Positions 48,932-60,941 of a stretch of DNA of 64,000 nucleotides are shown piece by piece (the stretch's first letter is position 1; each line of letters begins with the position of its first letter). The stretch is from NCBI GenBank assembly GCA_030704615.1, contig CM060731.1:53444001-53508000 (forward strand), given 5' to 3'. Made by a program: the position numbers and the translations under genes. The notes beneath the pieces are model-generated. The model made no database searches. It saw only the letters and a list, made by a program, of their open reading frames with translations, and was not told the origin of the DNA. Origin of the DNA: Takakia lepidozioides (taxonomy: Eukaryota > Plantae > Bryophyta).

Positions 48932-48943
48932 GCTCTGATACCA
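48932..48943 (-). other. Primer binding site complementary to initiator tRNA-Met
   Basis: TGGTATCAGAGC on the minus strand, 2 nt from the 5-prime LTR. Confidence 0.95.
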
Positions 48944-48945
48944 AG

Positions 48946-49671
48946 TGTCGCGCACCTCACTTCGGTAAGCTCCCCTTCAGGTCATAGTTGTTAGCTTGAT
49001 GCGCGCGCCTAACTCCCAACCTGGCCGCCGGACCAACTTGGAGCTTCGGCTGCTCACCGGGGCATAACGGTCCCCCTTTGAACTCCCAAAGAACCCTCCA
49101 CCGATTTGGAACTAGCGGGAATTCCCTTTGGTAGTTGGCAGTCCGGAACAGCTCCCCACTCTTTGGTCGCTTTCCGGCTCGCTCGCTTACTCACTAGTTT
49201 TTGGTCACCAACGGGCTTGCACCGTTCTCGGGGTTACTACTCCCTATATATACTTCTGTAGCTGTCCGCGGGGGTTTCACAACCAGCCATGCCATTTTAT
49301 GGCGAACCACCACGAAAACCCTCGACTCCCGGTGATGAGTCGCGGTGAGTCTTGGCTCACTCACCACGGCCCCTATGGACCGTGATGAGTCCCAAGACTC
49401 CCCACGACTCCCACCACGAGGTCTCCGCCCCCATGGTGAGTCCTATGCCACCCCCACTAAGTCCCGCTAAGCTACCACCACCCCTTGTGGAGCCACCCTC
49501 ACCGCAACCCGGTGTGCGGGGCTCCACCTAGTGAGCGCCTCCGCCTCCTTGAGTGCCTTGGGCACTCAAGGGTGCTTCAGCCCCCCATATCTATCGCTGC
49601 CGCTGCCCCCACCACAGGGGCAGCCCCTCATGTGTCCCGACCCCCTGCCCTCAAGGCAAAGGGCCGCGACA
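48946..49671 (-). repeat. 5-prime LTR (726 bp)
   Basis: Direct repeat of 42716-43437. Confidence 0.96.
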
Positions 49672-50120
49672 TCTTCTCTCTCTTTTCGTTATGCAGAAAA
49701 TGCACCTTGTTCAAATGCTACAATCTCCCAAATAAAACGGTGGATTCTCCCCTAATTTGGGGTGCTTGTGCATATGGTAGTTAGGGATGACTTCATATGG
49801 TTCATCCACGTGGATGAAAGGGAGTACATGCCGTGTGAGGGTGGGTCCCGATTTGTCCCAAAATCATAAAACAGGTCTTAGGGGTTAAGTTACTACGCAC
49901 ATTAGAAAAGGCCCGGGAGTTTAATGCGACCCCTTCGGTCCTGCTTGCGTGGCACCCCCCGCCACCCCAGCCGCACCCCCTTCGCCACCTCCTGCGCGGC
50001 TCGCGGTCGCTGCTCATATGGTCCACAGGACAGAACTAGTTCCCTCTTGGAGGTTACCCCTGCAATGGCACACAAGAAACGCCGAGTGAAGCCTACAAAG
50101 AAGAAGGGGAGGACAAGTGC

Positions 50121-51560
50121 GATGAAGAAACATTCATAAAGCACTCCAATGATGCACAAAGTGTCCGAATGTGGGTGCATGAAAACCCAGGAAGCGTTTT
50201 TTACTACCAGGAAGAGTCTAATCACCCTGCTTGGACGTTGAATGACAGAAAACTCGACCCTTCCATTTGTGCTTGGCATACAAACTGATTGACAGAGAAA
50301 ACAAATGCTCAAACACGGCCATCATCGCATAGTTGCTTGTGATGCAACCTTTGGAACGAATGAAAAGAAGGTTCGTCAGATTGTTAACCCGAATTTCTTG
50401 AAAGCATGACAAATTACGTTCTTCATGTGAAGTACTCTGTTTTGCAACCATTTCCTTTCAAGTCACTTCAGTTACACATGATTGTTGTTGCAGTACCCGA
50501 TATAGACCATAATGGTATTCGACGACTGGCTGAATGGTATTCCAGTGGCTTACATTATCACTGCAAGGTGTAAAACCATCGATCTGACGCCTTGGATGGA
50601 GGCACTAAACAAACAAATGACAAGTCGGCAAGTAGACTGGCGTCCCAATGCATTTATTGTGGATGACGTTGATGCTGAAATTGCTGCCATTAGGTACGTC
50701 CATGAACTCAGGCAATATGCCTACCATGATCTCTTGGTTACACATGAATTTCAATTTACCTACCTGATAAGAGAACAGATCTGTTTGGGGGGATTGTGCT
50801 GTTTTCTTGTGCTTGTGGCATGTTCGCCGAGCCTGGCAGAAGAATGCAGTTGCAAAGGTGAAAGACCCAGTATTGCAAGCAGCTATCATACAAGACCTGG
50901 CACAGATCATGTACGATAGAAAGGAGACCTCTGGGGATGCAGGTGAAGCATGGGCCGTATTCAAAATTCTGGACCTACGGGAGAAGTACCCTTCTGAGAC
51001 AGAATTCTGCACCTACATGGAGACAGAGTGGCTTCCAAAAACCAAAATGTGGATGAAGGGATCCCGCAATATACCTCATGCCTCTCAAGACACTAATGAT
51101 GCCTAGAAGCATACCACGGGAACTTGAAAACGCAATTGAAGAGCACCAAAAGCGTCCTCGGTAGTAGACGGGTGGATTGGCTCATCTATGAACTGACAGG
51201 TGATGTGCTAACCCATTACTGGTACATGTCACATGCAAAGGCATATGGGTTCATCCGAAATAAGCGGCAAGAGGGATTTGTTTGCACTTCAATCTTGCTT
51301 GCCAAGGACATTCCAGATGCCAATGTGCATCTGCCTCATACACCCGGAGGCAGTGCAACAGTTCAATGCCACCGCCATTTGGGTATGACATATACTATCC
51401 ACAATCCGGATTCTAAATGGGCATGTTGTGATTGTCATTGGGCCCAGAAAGGACATATGTGCGCACACTAGGTGAAGGGTTTTGAAGATGCTGCACCCCC
51501 AAGTGGAGGATGGGCTGATTGCAAAGTTTTGCGGTTCCCTCATGGGCACATGTAAAGGTG
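50121..51560 (+). pseudogene. Mutator-like (MULE) DDE transposase with SWIM zinc finger, intron-containing, decayed
   Basis: CDATFGTN, GIPVAYII, FIVDD, CLWHVRRAW, TNDA*EAYH, RRVDWLI, CDCHWAQKGHMCAH (SWIM); intron 50371-50493 and a donor at 50694; in-frame stops. Confidence 0.85.
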
Positions 51561-52359
51561 GCCTGAACAACTTGATGACTTGTCATGACTCCCCTTTTTC
51601 CATTCCATCCTCTTCACAAACTCCCCTAGGTCTGACCTCCCCTTCAATGGCTCAGAGAACATCTGCTGGTCGAAGTCCACTGCCCAGCCTACATGCCCTT
51701 ATCTCCACAGAGTGGCAAGAGGCATGGCTACTCGGGAAATTACCCACCCGTGCCCCAAGATTCCAGGACCAAGAAGAGGTTGTACACCGGCTGAAGGACT
51801 TCAGGTTAAGCCAGCATATGGAGGTCTCATGGATCATGTCTTTCTCCTGGTTCTGAACTTCAGGTCTGTCATTTCCATGGGGTGTATGCTGAGTTAATGG
51901 GAAATGAGGCTGGTCTATGCAGAGATAATCTGAAGCAGCCCTTCCAACTAAACACGTCTTTTCAAATTTGTGTATGCATGGAAATGGGATGGTGAACTAT
52001 GAGGGGGTGGTGAAGTGCTTTGGATCTTAAATATTGTGGCTAATACATGTGATCTGCAGGAGACGGTGAGGAAGACCAATGCATCTTTTCAGCCTGCCAA
52101 CGAGGACTTGTATGTTGCTTTTCATTGAGGTTTAGGGTTCAGGACACACTCTAAACCGCCTCAGCGGGGTTGAAACCGAGCTCTGCGTATTGTTGCCTCG
52201 AAGAGGCGACTTTTACTTATACCTATTACACCACCGCTACAACCATCTCCTAAAGCGACACTTGCCCGTACCTCATTACCAACACTCGCCCATTACCAAA
52301 GCTTCTCACCTACCCCACCACATCCATTTTCTACATATATGGAGGCATACAAAATAACA

Positions 52360-52560
52360 AGCCTCAAAGGCCAATTGGCTCTTTTGGCACAACAAAGACG
52401 AAGGTAAGACTAGGGAGTATAACTCAGCACAACACACCAATCAACGCCTTGACACGGTGTAAGGTCATTTTACCACATTTTCTCCATTGACTTGCATGTC
52501 TCCGCAAAAAGTCTCTCTACAAGAGAGCCAACAAAGCAGCAGATCTCTTAGCCAACAACC
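52360..52560 (+). mobile_element. Possible retroelement RNase H relic in a C/A-rich tract
   Basis: gccaacaaagcagcagatctcttagccaac = ANKAADLLAN, the N-x-x-A-D-x-L-A RNase HI C-terminal motif; upstream part degenerate. Confidence 0.4.
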
Positions 52561-53138
52561 CCTTCATGGAGGCCAGGTCAGAACGAATTCACATAGCGCA
52601 TACACATCCTTTTGGCTCACATATTATGGGCCTACCCACACTTGCTCTCGCGCCATCCGAAATCTCCAAACGTACCTCAACAAAGAAGCGCAAAAACAAG
52701 TCACCGCTTCGCTAAGTTATACCACATAACACACTGCCAAGTACTTGACAACAAACTTTCCAATCATAATTTGGACATCCAAAGTAACCCCCCACACCCA
52801 AATCTGACAAACCTTGAAATGTTTTTATACCCAATACATGGGTAACGAACACAAGCATCTTTGAGTCTGGCCCAATCTTTACCCCAACCCCTTGTGCCCC
52901 CATGGTATAACCGATCCCCCTTCAGAGACACCTAGCCTCACGTCCTCAGTCAGTGCATGCACCCTACTACACACATTCTCCCCAGCATCAGACACAAACA
53001 CGTAGTCTGGCACCTACATACACTGATTATGCAACATTATGAAACATGATGGTTCTCCCTCATAAATGCCAGAACATCATGACCAGACCCATTTTTCCTA
53101 TAATGTCAGTGTAGCAGATATGTTTGTGAAAATGCTCT

Positions 53139-53514
53139 AGGGTATGTTGGCCTATGACCGTTCAAATATCGATGGTGAAAAATCTAACGGTGAATTTTTG
53201 TCATTTTTACCTCAGGTAAATTTCATAAGCTGTCCCACATATGGGGCAACCTACAAACTTGGAACTAACTTATTTGATTTCATGAATCCTACACAAAGTT
53301 GTAGGGTTTCAACGTCGAACCAATCAGAATGCTTGTATACCCCAAGAGCCCTATGACCAATCACACTTTTGGGGGGGTTATATCAAATGATTGTTTACCA
53401 AGTGGCAAAAATGGACAGTCTTGGGAACAGCACTGCATGGTCATAGGTACTGACAGAAGCGTTAATGGGGTGTTCGGTCATAGACGCCTGGTCGGTCATA
53501 GACCAACTTACCCT
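53139..53514. mobile_element. MITE with 22-bp TIRs
   Basis: agggtatgttggcctatgaccg vs reverse complement of cggtcatagaccaacttaccct (20/22); flanks aatgctct / ggtgctca may be a decayed 8-bp TSD. Confidence 0.7.
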
Positions 53515-53805
53515 GGTGCTCAAGCTTATTAAGTACAATGTAAACAAAGCGTCTCATGCTCAAATCCGACCTCAAGCCTATTGTGCTCAACCATCAAGAT
53601 CACTGTGATGCAAACAAAGCCAATCAACTACATCTTCCCAGATGTCATAACAAATTAAAGAATTGACTGGAAGAATGGATGCAACATGTTGATGGAAGGT
53701 CTGGTTACCTAGGTGAAAATTGAGAAAATTGTAGCCAGTTACGCTATTGCAATTGTGACCAGTAGGTTAACAGGACGCTTGCGTACAGGGAAGAGTTTTC
53801 TGATT

Positions 53806-54000
53806 GTGTGAAGGGTTTTCTAGAGGATATCTGGAAAACTCGGATCCATTGTCCGTTCGTCTGTTCCAAGGTAAGTCATACTACCGGGGTCAGCCCCTGA
53901 CAAAGGTAGCTTCCGTCCCTTTGTGATCCGCGGGGTCAATGGCCGCAAACAACGTCTTATGAGTGCGTTCTCTGTGGACGCAGGGTCTATGCCACAAGGT
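53806..54000 (+). mobile_element. Copy of the RTE/RTEX-like LINE 3-prime end
   Basis: Matches 27539-27712 and the reverse complement of 22945-23122. Confidence 0.75.
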
Positions 54001-55294
54001 TCTTTCTCTTGCACAGCCACGTGTCAAATGCTCAAATCGACATCTACATAGTATGTAGTATGACATCGATGTCAACACACCTGAACCCCATCCGTGCGCA
54101 TGTATGTAATGAGTATGTATTTTTAGAGCAAAAAGGTGGCAGGTGGACGCGTGGCGCTCCATTGTGTTGTATTCTTGTCTATGCCAGGAGCGTGATGGAC
54201 GCTCCTTCTCTCTCGCCGCTCTTCTCGTCTTCTCGTCTTTGCCCCTGCTCTGCTGTATATCCACTTTGGTATGGCTGGTAACAAATTTCATGTGTAGTTT
54301 CCACCTTTGGTGTTTATCCAGCGCTCTACACACCTACGAGTGAAAACTTCACACTTCCCAGGTGTACACAGCGCTCGTGCAATGCCAAAGGTGATACTGC
54401 CTATGCAATTTGTCACCTTCGTATATGCGACACACCGCATGCTATCTTCTAGCGGCGACACAACCACGCCAGACTTGGCTGTCGGAGACTTGGCAGTGGC
54501 CTCGACGCGTGAGCGCATCTCTGTTTTATTGTGAAAGGCGAGAGAGACGAGAAGAAACAAGCAACACTCTGATGGCACTGGGCCGACGCTCCAAGGGAAT
54601 TTACTCTTTGTCCTTTATCTTCCCCACACTGCCTGAAAACCCTAATCCTGGTCATCCACTGACCACACAAAGCTGGTGTGCACGATTTCCTTGGTCCTAA
54701 GGATTGATGGTGATTCCGAGAATTTGTTAATGCCTGTGGGAAACTCCTCGAGGTATGCGAAGGCAGCTTTGCGTTTTGCTTGTGTCACAGATCAACAACG
54801 GCGAGGAGGTGGCAGCAGAGACGATCAATGATGGGGGCGTATGTCAGGGGAGCAGTTCTCCCTCCGGTGGCCAGGGTGCAATGCCCGCACCCCGACCTCG
54901 TTGCCAAGGCGCTGCTATCGTTTCCCATGGCTAGTAGTTTACCTCTCAGGGGAACCTGGTCTGGAGGTACAGTCAAATGTTCGAGCATTTTGAATAATCC
55001 TCCAAGCACATCTGCCTGAGAGTTCTGCAGCTAAAACACTTGGGAAGATGATCGTGAATTGGTTTTTTTAGTTCCTTTTTTTGGGTGTGGAGTGATGTGT
55101 ATCGAGTTAGCGAGGTGGTGGGCTTGCTGATTTATTGTGCACGCGGGGGATACCAATATGGGACTGCTACCCTAGAGAAAGTGAAACCAGCACGGGGGCT
55201 ATCAGTGCTGGGATGGAACACTACGGATGTGGTGGCAATACTGCAAGAAGATGGTAAGTGACCTTTATTCTGAAACTTTTGGAGAAGTGTCTGT

Positions 55295-56265
55295 CTCTGG
55301 GACCTACAACATTTGCAAGAAGAAGGCTTGTGAGGAAGTAGGAATTGAGTCTTTTGGTGTCACTTTACCTGAAGATGTAACGGAGGATGAGGTTTTGAGC
55401 TATGTAAAGAAATTTAACGATGATTCAGCTGTCCATGGAGTACTGGTGCAACTTCCTCTTCCTCGGGTAATGATTCTGATCCTCATTCAATCTTTGATCT
55501 TCTTTCGCCTTCTATATTTAAGGTAGCAAACGGAGGGGGGAGGGACAGCGGAAGACTCAAATGAGAGATGAGATGTCTGGAGTAGGCAGGAAATTGTATA
55601 CCTTCTTACATTTTGTGGAACTTCTTGGCTGTGCAGCCCGCCATGCAAGGAAGGGCCCCTCTGTTTGTATCGTGCACTCCTAAAGGCTGCACGGAGTTGC
55701 TGATGCGCTCCGGAGTGGATATGGCAGGGAAACATGCTGTGGTTATAGGCCGCAGCAATGCCTGCTGCTCTGCTGCTACAGATCTGATATGTGACCTTTA
55801 CCTCCACTATTTTCAGCATTACAACTTTAACAATCAGGTACTTATTACCTTGCACATTTGTGCAATTTAAACCCCTTCAAAGCATAGGAACTCTGCTTAG
55901 AATTGTCGGCCATGAATGTTAGTTTACAGTATCGCCCTGTGTTTGAGCTGTCCAATGGTAGTTCGCCCTGCTCCTGTCATCCCTCCATCCACTAAGAGAG
56001 GAGGTGTTCTAGGCCACAAGGCTATGGTAAGTAAATTCCAATGATAAAATTATCCCTCTGTCTCTCCACTTTCCAACCTCAACTAGTTCTCAGGCTGATT
56101 TTAATGCTTGGAGGCAGCGGCAAAATGCAACTGTTACAGTGGTGCATTCGCATACACCAAATCCAGCAGAAATTACAAAGAAGTCAGATATTGTAATTGC
56201 TGCAGCAGGAGTGGCCCATATGGTGCGAGGCAATTGGCTGAAGCCTGGGGCTGTTGTGATTGATG
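55295..56265 (+). pseudogene. FOLD: Bifunctional methylene-THF dehydrogenase/cyclohydrolase pseudogene (three exon remnants)
   Basis: KKKACEEVGIES, VHGVLVQLPLP, CTPKGC, VVIGRSN, NATVTVVHS, WLKPGAVVIDVGIN; the KDVDG exon is not found, IVG is deleted after GRSN causing a frameshift, the donor reads AT, and the C-terminal exon is not found. Confidence 0.88.
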
Positions 56266-56806
56266 TCGGCATAAATGCAATAGGGGGTCGCTATTTTCTT
56301 GTTGTATTCTAGGTCAGGAATCACTGGTCAATTCAAGTTTATGTGGTTTTCAAATCTCAACTGCTGTTTCCCGTTCAGTGTTTTTTATTTCATATTTCTA
56401 AAATCGCTGGCGGGGCCACCTGTGAATTCTACCCAGTGCCCATGTGGCGAGAATAGCGAGGTAGCATAGTTAGAAAAGTGGCTATATTACAGGTGTCACG
56501 TTTTGACTGGTCCACGTCGGCAAGATTAGGCCCCTGAAATTTATCTGCTGCTGCTTTTTGGCGAAAAAGTCAGATTTTACCCCCCATAATTCCTTTGTAC
56601 AAGTAGCTGACGCAGTTTCCAGGTCGAAATTTGGCGATTTTTCGCCGGAAAGAAAAACACTGTTGTTCCTCTTCCAAAAAGTTCTCTTGACGTAGATTTG
56701 TTACCTTGGTTGTTTCAGACAGCTATAAAGCTAGCTTTTGCCGAGAGTTGTAATTTCCATGGTCCAGTTTGTCATCTTCCAAGTCATATCAAAGAGAGCA
56801 TGTGGC

Positions 56807-58180
56807 TTAACCCCTAAGCGTCAAAACGACCCAACTTGGGTCGGTTGGGTTTAGAAAACAGTCTGGTTATCCCTGAGGTTAAGCTTGATGTGGGCCCACA
56901 TAGGCACATTTGATTGGAAATCAAGTCGGGTATGACGTGGAATTTCCCAATTGGTCATACGACCTGACAATTGCCACTTGGAGAGCGTAGAGTCCGCCAC
57001 ACTCGTGATTTTGAGGCCACTTTCCACCATCTAACCTGCCCTAAGGATGATGTGGCAACTATGGTCAAGTTAGGGTGAAATTCCATGCAACCCCCATGGG
57101 AGGGTGGCACGTCTCCCAACACCCTTTATTGCGCCACTTATCCCCTAAATGGTACCCGCAGCCGACTTACCTCGGAGATCTCCATGCCTAATCCCCAAGC
57201 TGGAATCAATGGCGATGGTAGCTCCGGGCGTGGTTTGGTGTCAAACCTGTTGTTTGGGGGGGAGGAGAGCGGGAGGAGACTCAATTAATGCGCAGCGGTG
57301 CGTAGCTCGAGAGCTCCTTGGAGATGCTCCCGTCCACTTTGTGAAATCCGGCGAGTTTTGTTTTTCCGTCATGGAAACCGGGACACATTCCCGGCATGGG
57401 TGGCCCATGAACGCGTGGGGTGGGTGACCCCAAAACCCAATAAACATAGGGGTGGCCCGAACCTGGGTGGGGGGTGGACACGCCTTAGGAGGGGTGGAGG
57501 CCTAATCAATCTAGGGACAGATAGGATGAGGCACCCCCTAAAACCCTCCACAAGAGAGGGCTACTGCCCAAAAATTATAGGCCCACATAGGTGCAATTGC
57601 AAGTCTCATGGGCAGGGGGTAAAAAGACCTAGTAGGAGACTCAGATTGGCCCGAAATGTTTTTTCGGAAAAGCCATACCCACCCACAACATTCCCACCGG
57701 CGCGATTGCCAAATGAATGGCTCAAAAATTTTCCTCAATTTTCTGAGCAAACCTTTTTCCTGCCCGAAGGAAAACCCCAAATTTGACCCCCCATTTTTAG
57801 CATGCAAAGCAGCCCACCTGAGATTATGTCAGAAAAAGATGAAATTTGCAGGGAAGGTGTCTTATATGACAGGGCACCAGATTCTGGAGAGTGTCATGTC
57901 AGACCAGTTTGCAGATGGGAAATTCGATAGAAAAAACACTTTTTTTTTCCCTATTTACTTCATGTTTTTTTCTTTGCACCACTTTAGACATTATATTCTT
58001 TGGATCTGCTGGTTGGATTTAGACAGGGATTTTTGTGGTCGTAGGTGGGGTAGTTGAGAGTATATTCCAACGGTTAGTTTTACAGGGCCTTAGTAAATCT
58101 CAAGATATAAATGTTTTAGAGGGCCAGGGTCCAGTTTTTTAGGTCTTGGCAAATATTGGCCCTTGTCCTTTAGGGGTTAA
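56807..58180. mobile_element. Second piggyBac-like non-autonomous element (~1.37 kb)
   Basis: TTAA|CCCCTAAgcgtcaa ... ttgtcctTTAGGGG|TTAA; subterminal CGACCCAA..GGGTCG palindrome as in the other two elements. Confidence 0.6.
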
Positions 58181-58399
58181 TGAATATGAGTGTCTAAGCA
58201 GTGGCTATCATAACCCACCAAATAACAAAGGGTAGACATATCCAAATGGATAAAATATCTCATATATCTCAGAATCTGGATATCTGCCAGCTATGAATGA
58301 GGGGTTTAAGTAATCACATGTATGGTGGTGTGAAAGCACCTTAAAGGTGAGGTGCGTAATAGTATCATAGCAACCAGAGCTCCCATCAAGTTTGGCAGC

Positions 58400-60941
58400 C
58401 ATGCTCCCAAGTATGAGCCAACATACCCTAACTGCAGCAAGCATAGACATATCCACTTTTACAACCTGAATGCAAGGGAAAAGCTAGCAAAAACTTGATC
58501 CTCTTGCGGTGTACAACATATGAGCACTTACCCAAAGGGCATGCTCTCTATTCACCCACAGACTAAATACCAGAGAAATTGTGGCATAGAAAGACCAACA
58601 TCAATAGAAAGGCATGAGCCGGGGAAAAATGTTGCCACACCAGTGGGCTTTTGATCAGACTAAACCTTGCAATCAGTCTGCCAAGGTGGCAAACTGAACC
58701 TGAGTTGAGTAAGACTTGACATACAGTGCCAAGAACAAATGAGGGGGAACAAGAAGTAGTCCCACTCAGACCGGAACAAAAAGCTTCGGTTGTGTTTGGA
58801 AAAAGCATATCAATCAAGCTCAATTAGGTTTTCCAGCACAGACTCATTGGCTTTTTATGTTGGGTCTGCCGAGTCCTGAGCAATATAACTGCTAAGATTC
58901 TAGTAAAAAGACATCCTTATATGATCCAGATGTGCAGTACAATAACCTCTCAGTAAGCACTCGCCAGCCTGAAAGCCACAAGGGAAAAAGAGGATGAAAG
59001 CAGAAAACATGGAAGGCAGGCCAGCAATTCACAACCTTACCCATCTTTGCTTCTGTGACAGACGAAGACTGAGAAGCGAACCAACCATTCCAAATACCAC
59101 ACATGCAAATGGAAGTGAAATACCTGTAGCTTCACCGGTGCTAACAATGAATTGATGGTTGAGTAACATGCCAACACTGCCATAATTGTTTCCTCAGGTA
59201 ACACGTCGCCCAAAGCTGTCCTTACCCAGTCTACCTAATTCAGAGAGCTGAGACTGGGAGAATTGCTGTGAGCCCTCAGACACAACTTGCTTTGCAGCTA
59301 CATCAGACCAATGGAGCAGAATCTAATGATAAAGAATTTCAGGAAAAGACACACCAAAAAATGTTTTTGATTTAAGATGAGGTCTCATTGGAACAATTCA
59401 TCAGTGCAGGCCTCAGTTGTCCAAGACATGTATCTTAAGTCAGTCTTAATATGTAAGCTGAAAAAATGACACCGATGAAACATACCTCAAGCTTGCGGCT
59501 TTCCTTCACATTCCTACTTGTATGCAGAAGGTGCTGCAGTCTTAACACCTGCCAGAACAATTTCTGCTTGAGCTCACCCCTTTGGCGTTTAGAACGATTC
59601 TTCCTTTTAAACGGCAGAATGTGATGGTAAATCCCGCTACTGGAATTGTGAGCTTCCTCTGGAGTGCTTTCGACGAGCCAAGACTGACATACACATTTCT
59701 CTCTGTGTCTCAACCATCCCGAAACGTGTTTCCTACCGCTCTTGAAGCTTCTCGGAGAAGGAGAGAGACCTCTCATGCCTCCGACTAACATCATTCCTGA
59801 AATATAAACACTGACAGGGGGCTGAAAACGACTGTCCTTGATGTCTCAGTAAATTGCTCGAAGTTGTGGATGTACCTTGTAACCGGGCTGCAAGAGGAGG
59901 GAAGAAGTGAGATAATCTTAGACGTTTGCCCTCTCACTTAACTTATGAGGGCTCTACTTGTGAATTGTGAATTGGCACAATAGCTGGAGGCGAACTTAGG
60001 ACAGGAAGTAAGCATTCTCAAATCATGGAATGACTTATGCTGGCATTTGTCGACAGGGGTCAGTTAGAACCTGCTGTGTGTTCGAACACTCGCTTTATAT
60101 ATTTCTAAAACGTGTTTGCTGTTGAATTTGCTAGAAAGAAGAGATCATCAACAAGTTGGTGAGGACACGCACAGAATCCAGGTGCCTTGTGCACCTATAA
60201 AAGTAAAATGTCTCTTCCACAAAACTCCGAGCAATCTGCTTAACTACTCACGCACAATGACTCGTCCAATTCACTTGTCTGTGAAAAGAAGCTGCTAAAA
60301 CACACCAATGTCACTGTTGCCCAAAAGTTTCCAGATGATTTTAGCTTTAACTTATGTGGCAACCTGCACGGGTAATAATGAATGGCTCTCATATCAAAGC
60401 AATTTTCAAAGCGGATCGTCCTGCATTGAACTGCAGCTACCTACATGCAGACCATGTGTTCTTATGGTTGAGTAACTTGAATTACAAAAGATTGGCCGTT
60501 TTCTTAGATCGATGTGCTCTGTCCCGGAGCTGCTAGCTAAGTTATCAGTTTCATCACAGGCTTTAGAGTGTGCAAAGTGGGCACTACACTTGATCGAATC
60601 AATGTGATCTGCCACTTCAATGATATATGCCCTTGAGACCTTTGGACCTCTCCGGAGACGATGGATCTTCTTCCCTATCTCTCTCTCGCACACCAACACA
60701 CGCTTTCTGGTTGTTCTATTTTGTCTTCATTCTCATCGTCACGATGAAACTTGTGAAATAGCTCTCGGATCCGTATCTATGTGGCGCGTACGTGGCTCTG
60801 AGGCAGCTTGGCATCCACGCGGCCGTTGCTTCCTGGGTGGTTGTGGGACAAAGAGGAGGAGGAAGAAGAGGGTGCTACGTGGACGAGGCGATACTCGCTC
60901 CTCTTGTCTCCTCTGGCTAATTTCCTGACGTGCGGATCCAT
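58400..60941 (-). pseudogene. Unidentified multi-exon gene remnant with small exons and in-frame stops
   Basis: ATG at 60941 (MDPHVRKLARGDKRSEY...RAT*IRIRELFHKF); several AG/GT-bounded segments (VLRLQHLLHTSRNVKESRKLE, VQFATLAD*LQGLV*, VVKVDMSMLAAVR); no family recognised. Confidence 0.4.

Larger units (their letters stand above)
42716..49671 (-). mobile_element. Full-length Ty3/gypsy chromovirus LTR retrotransposon, coding region disrupted
   Basis: TG...CA LTRs, TSD TCTTC (42711-42715 / 49672-49676), tRNA-iMet PBS, PPT at 43438-43452, gag-PR-RT-RH-INT-chromodomain order. Confidence 0.97.
40738..49888. mobile_element. Putative piggyBac-like non-autonomous element expanded by nested insertions
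   Basis: TTAA-CCCCTAAGAC at 40738-40751 and GTCTTAGGGG-TTAA at 49875-49888; pairing of the two ends is inferred. Confidence 0.5.

Noticed and set aside
57085-58057. Transposase inside the 56807-58180 TTAA element
   Set aside because: Only short ORFs lacking DDD motifs; the element appears non-autonomous
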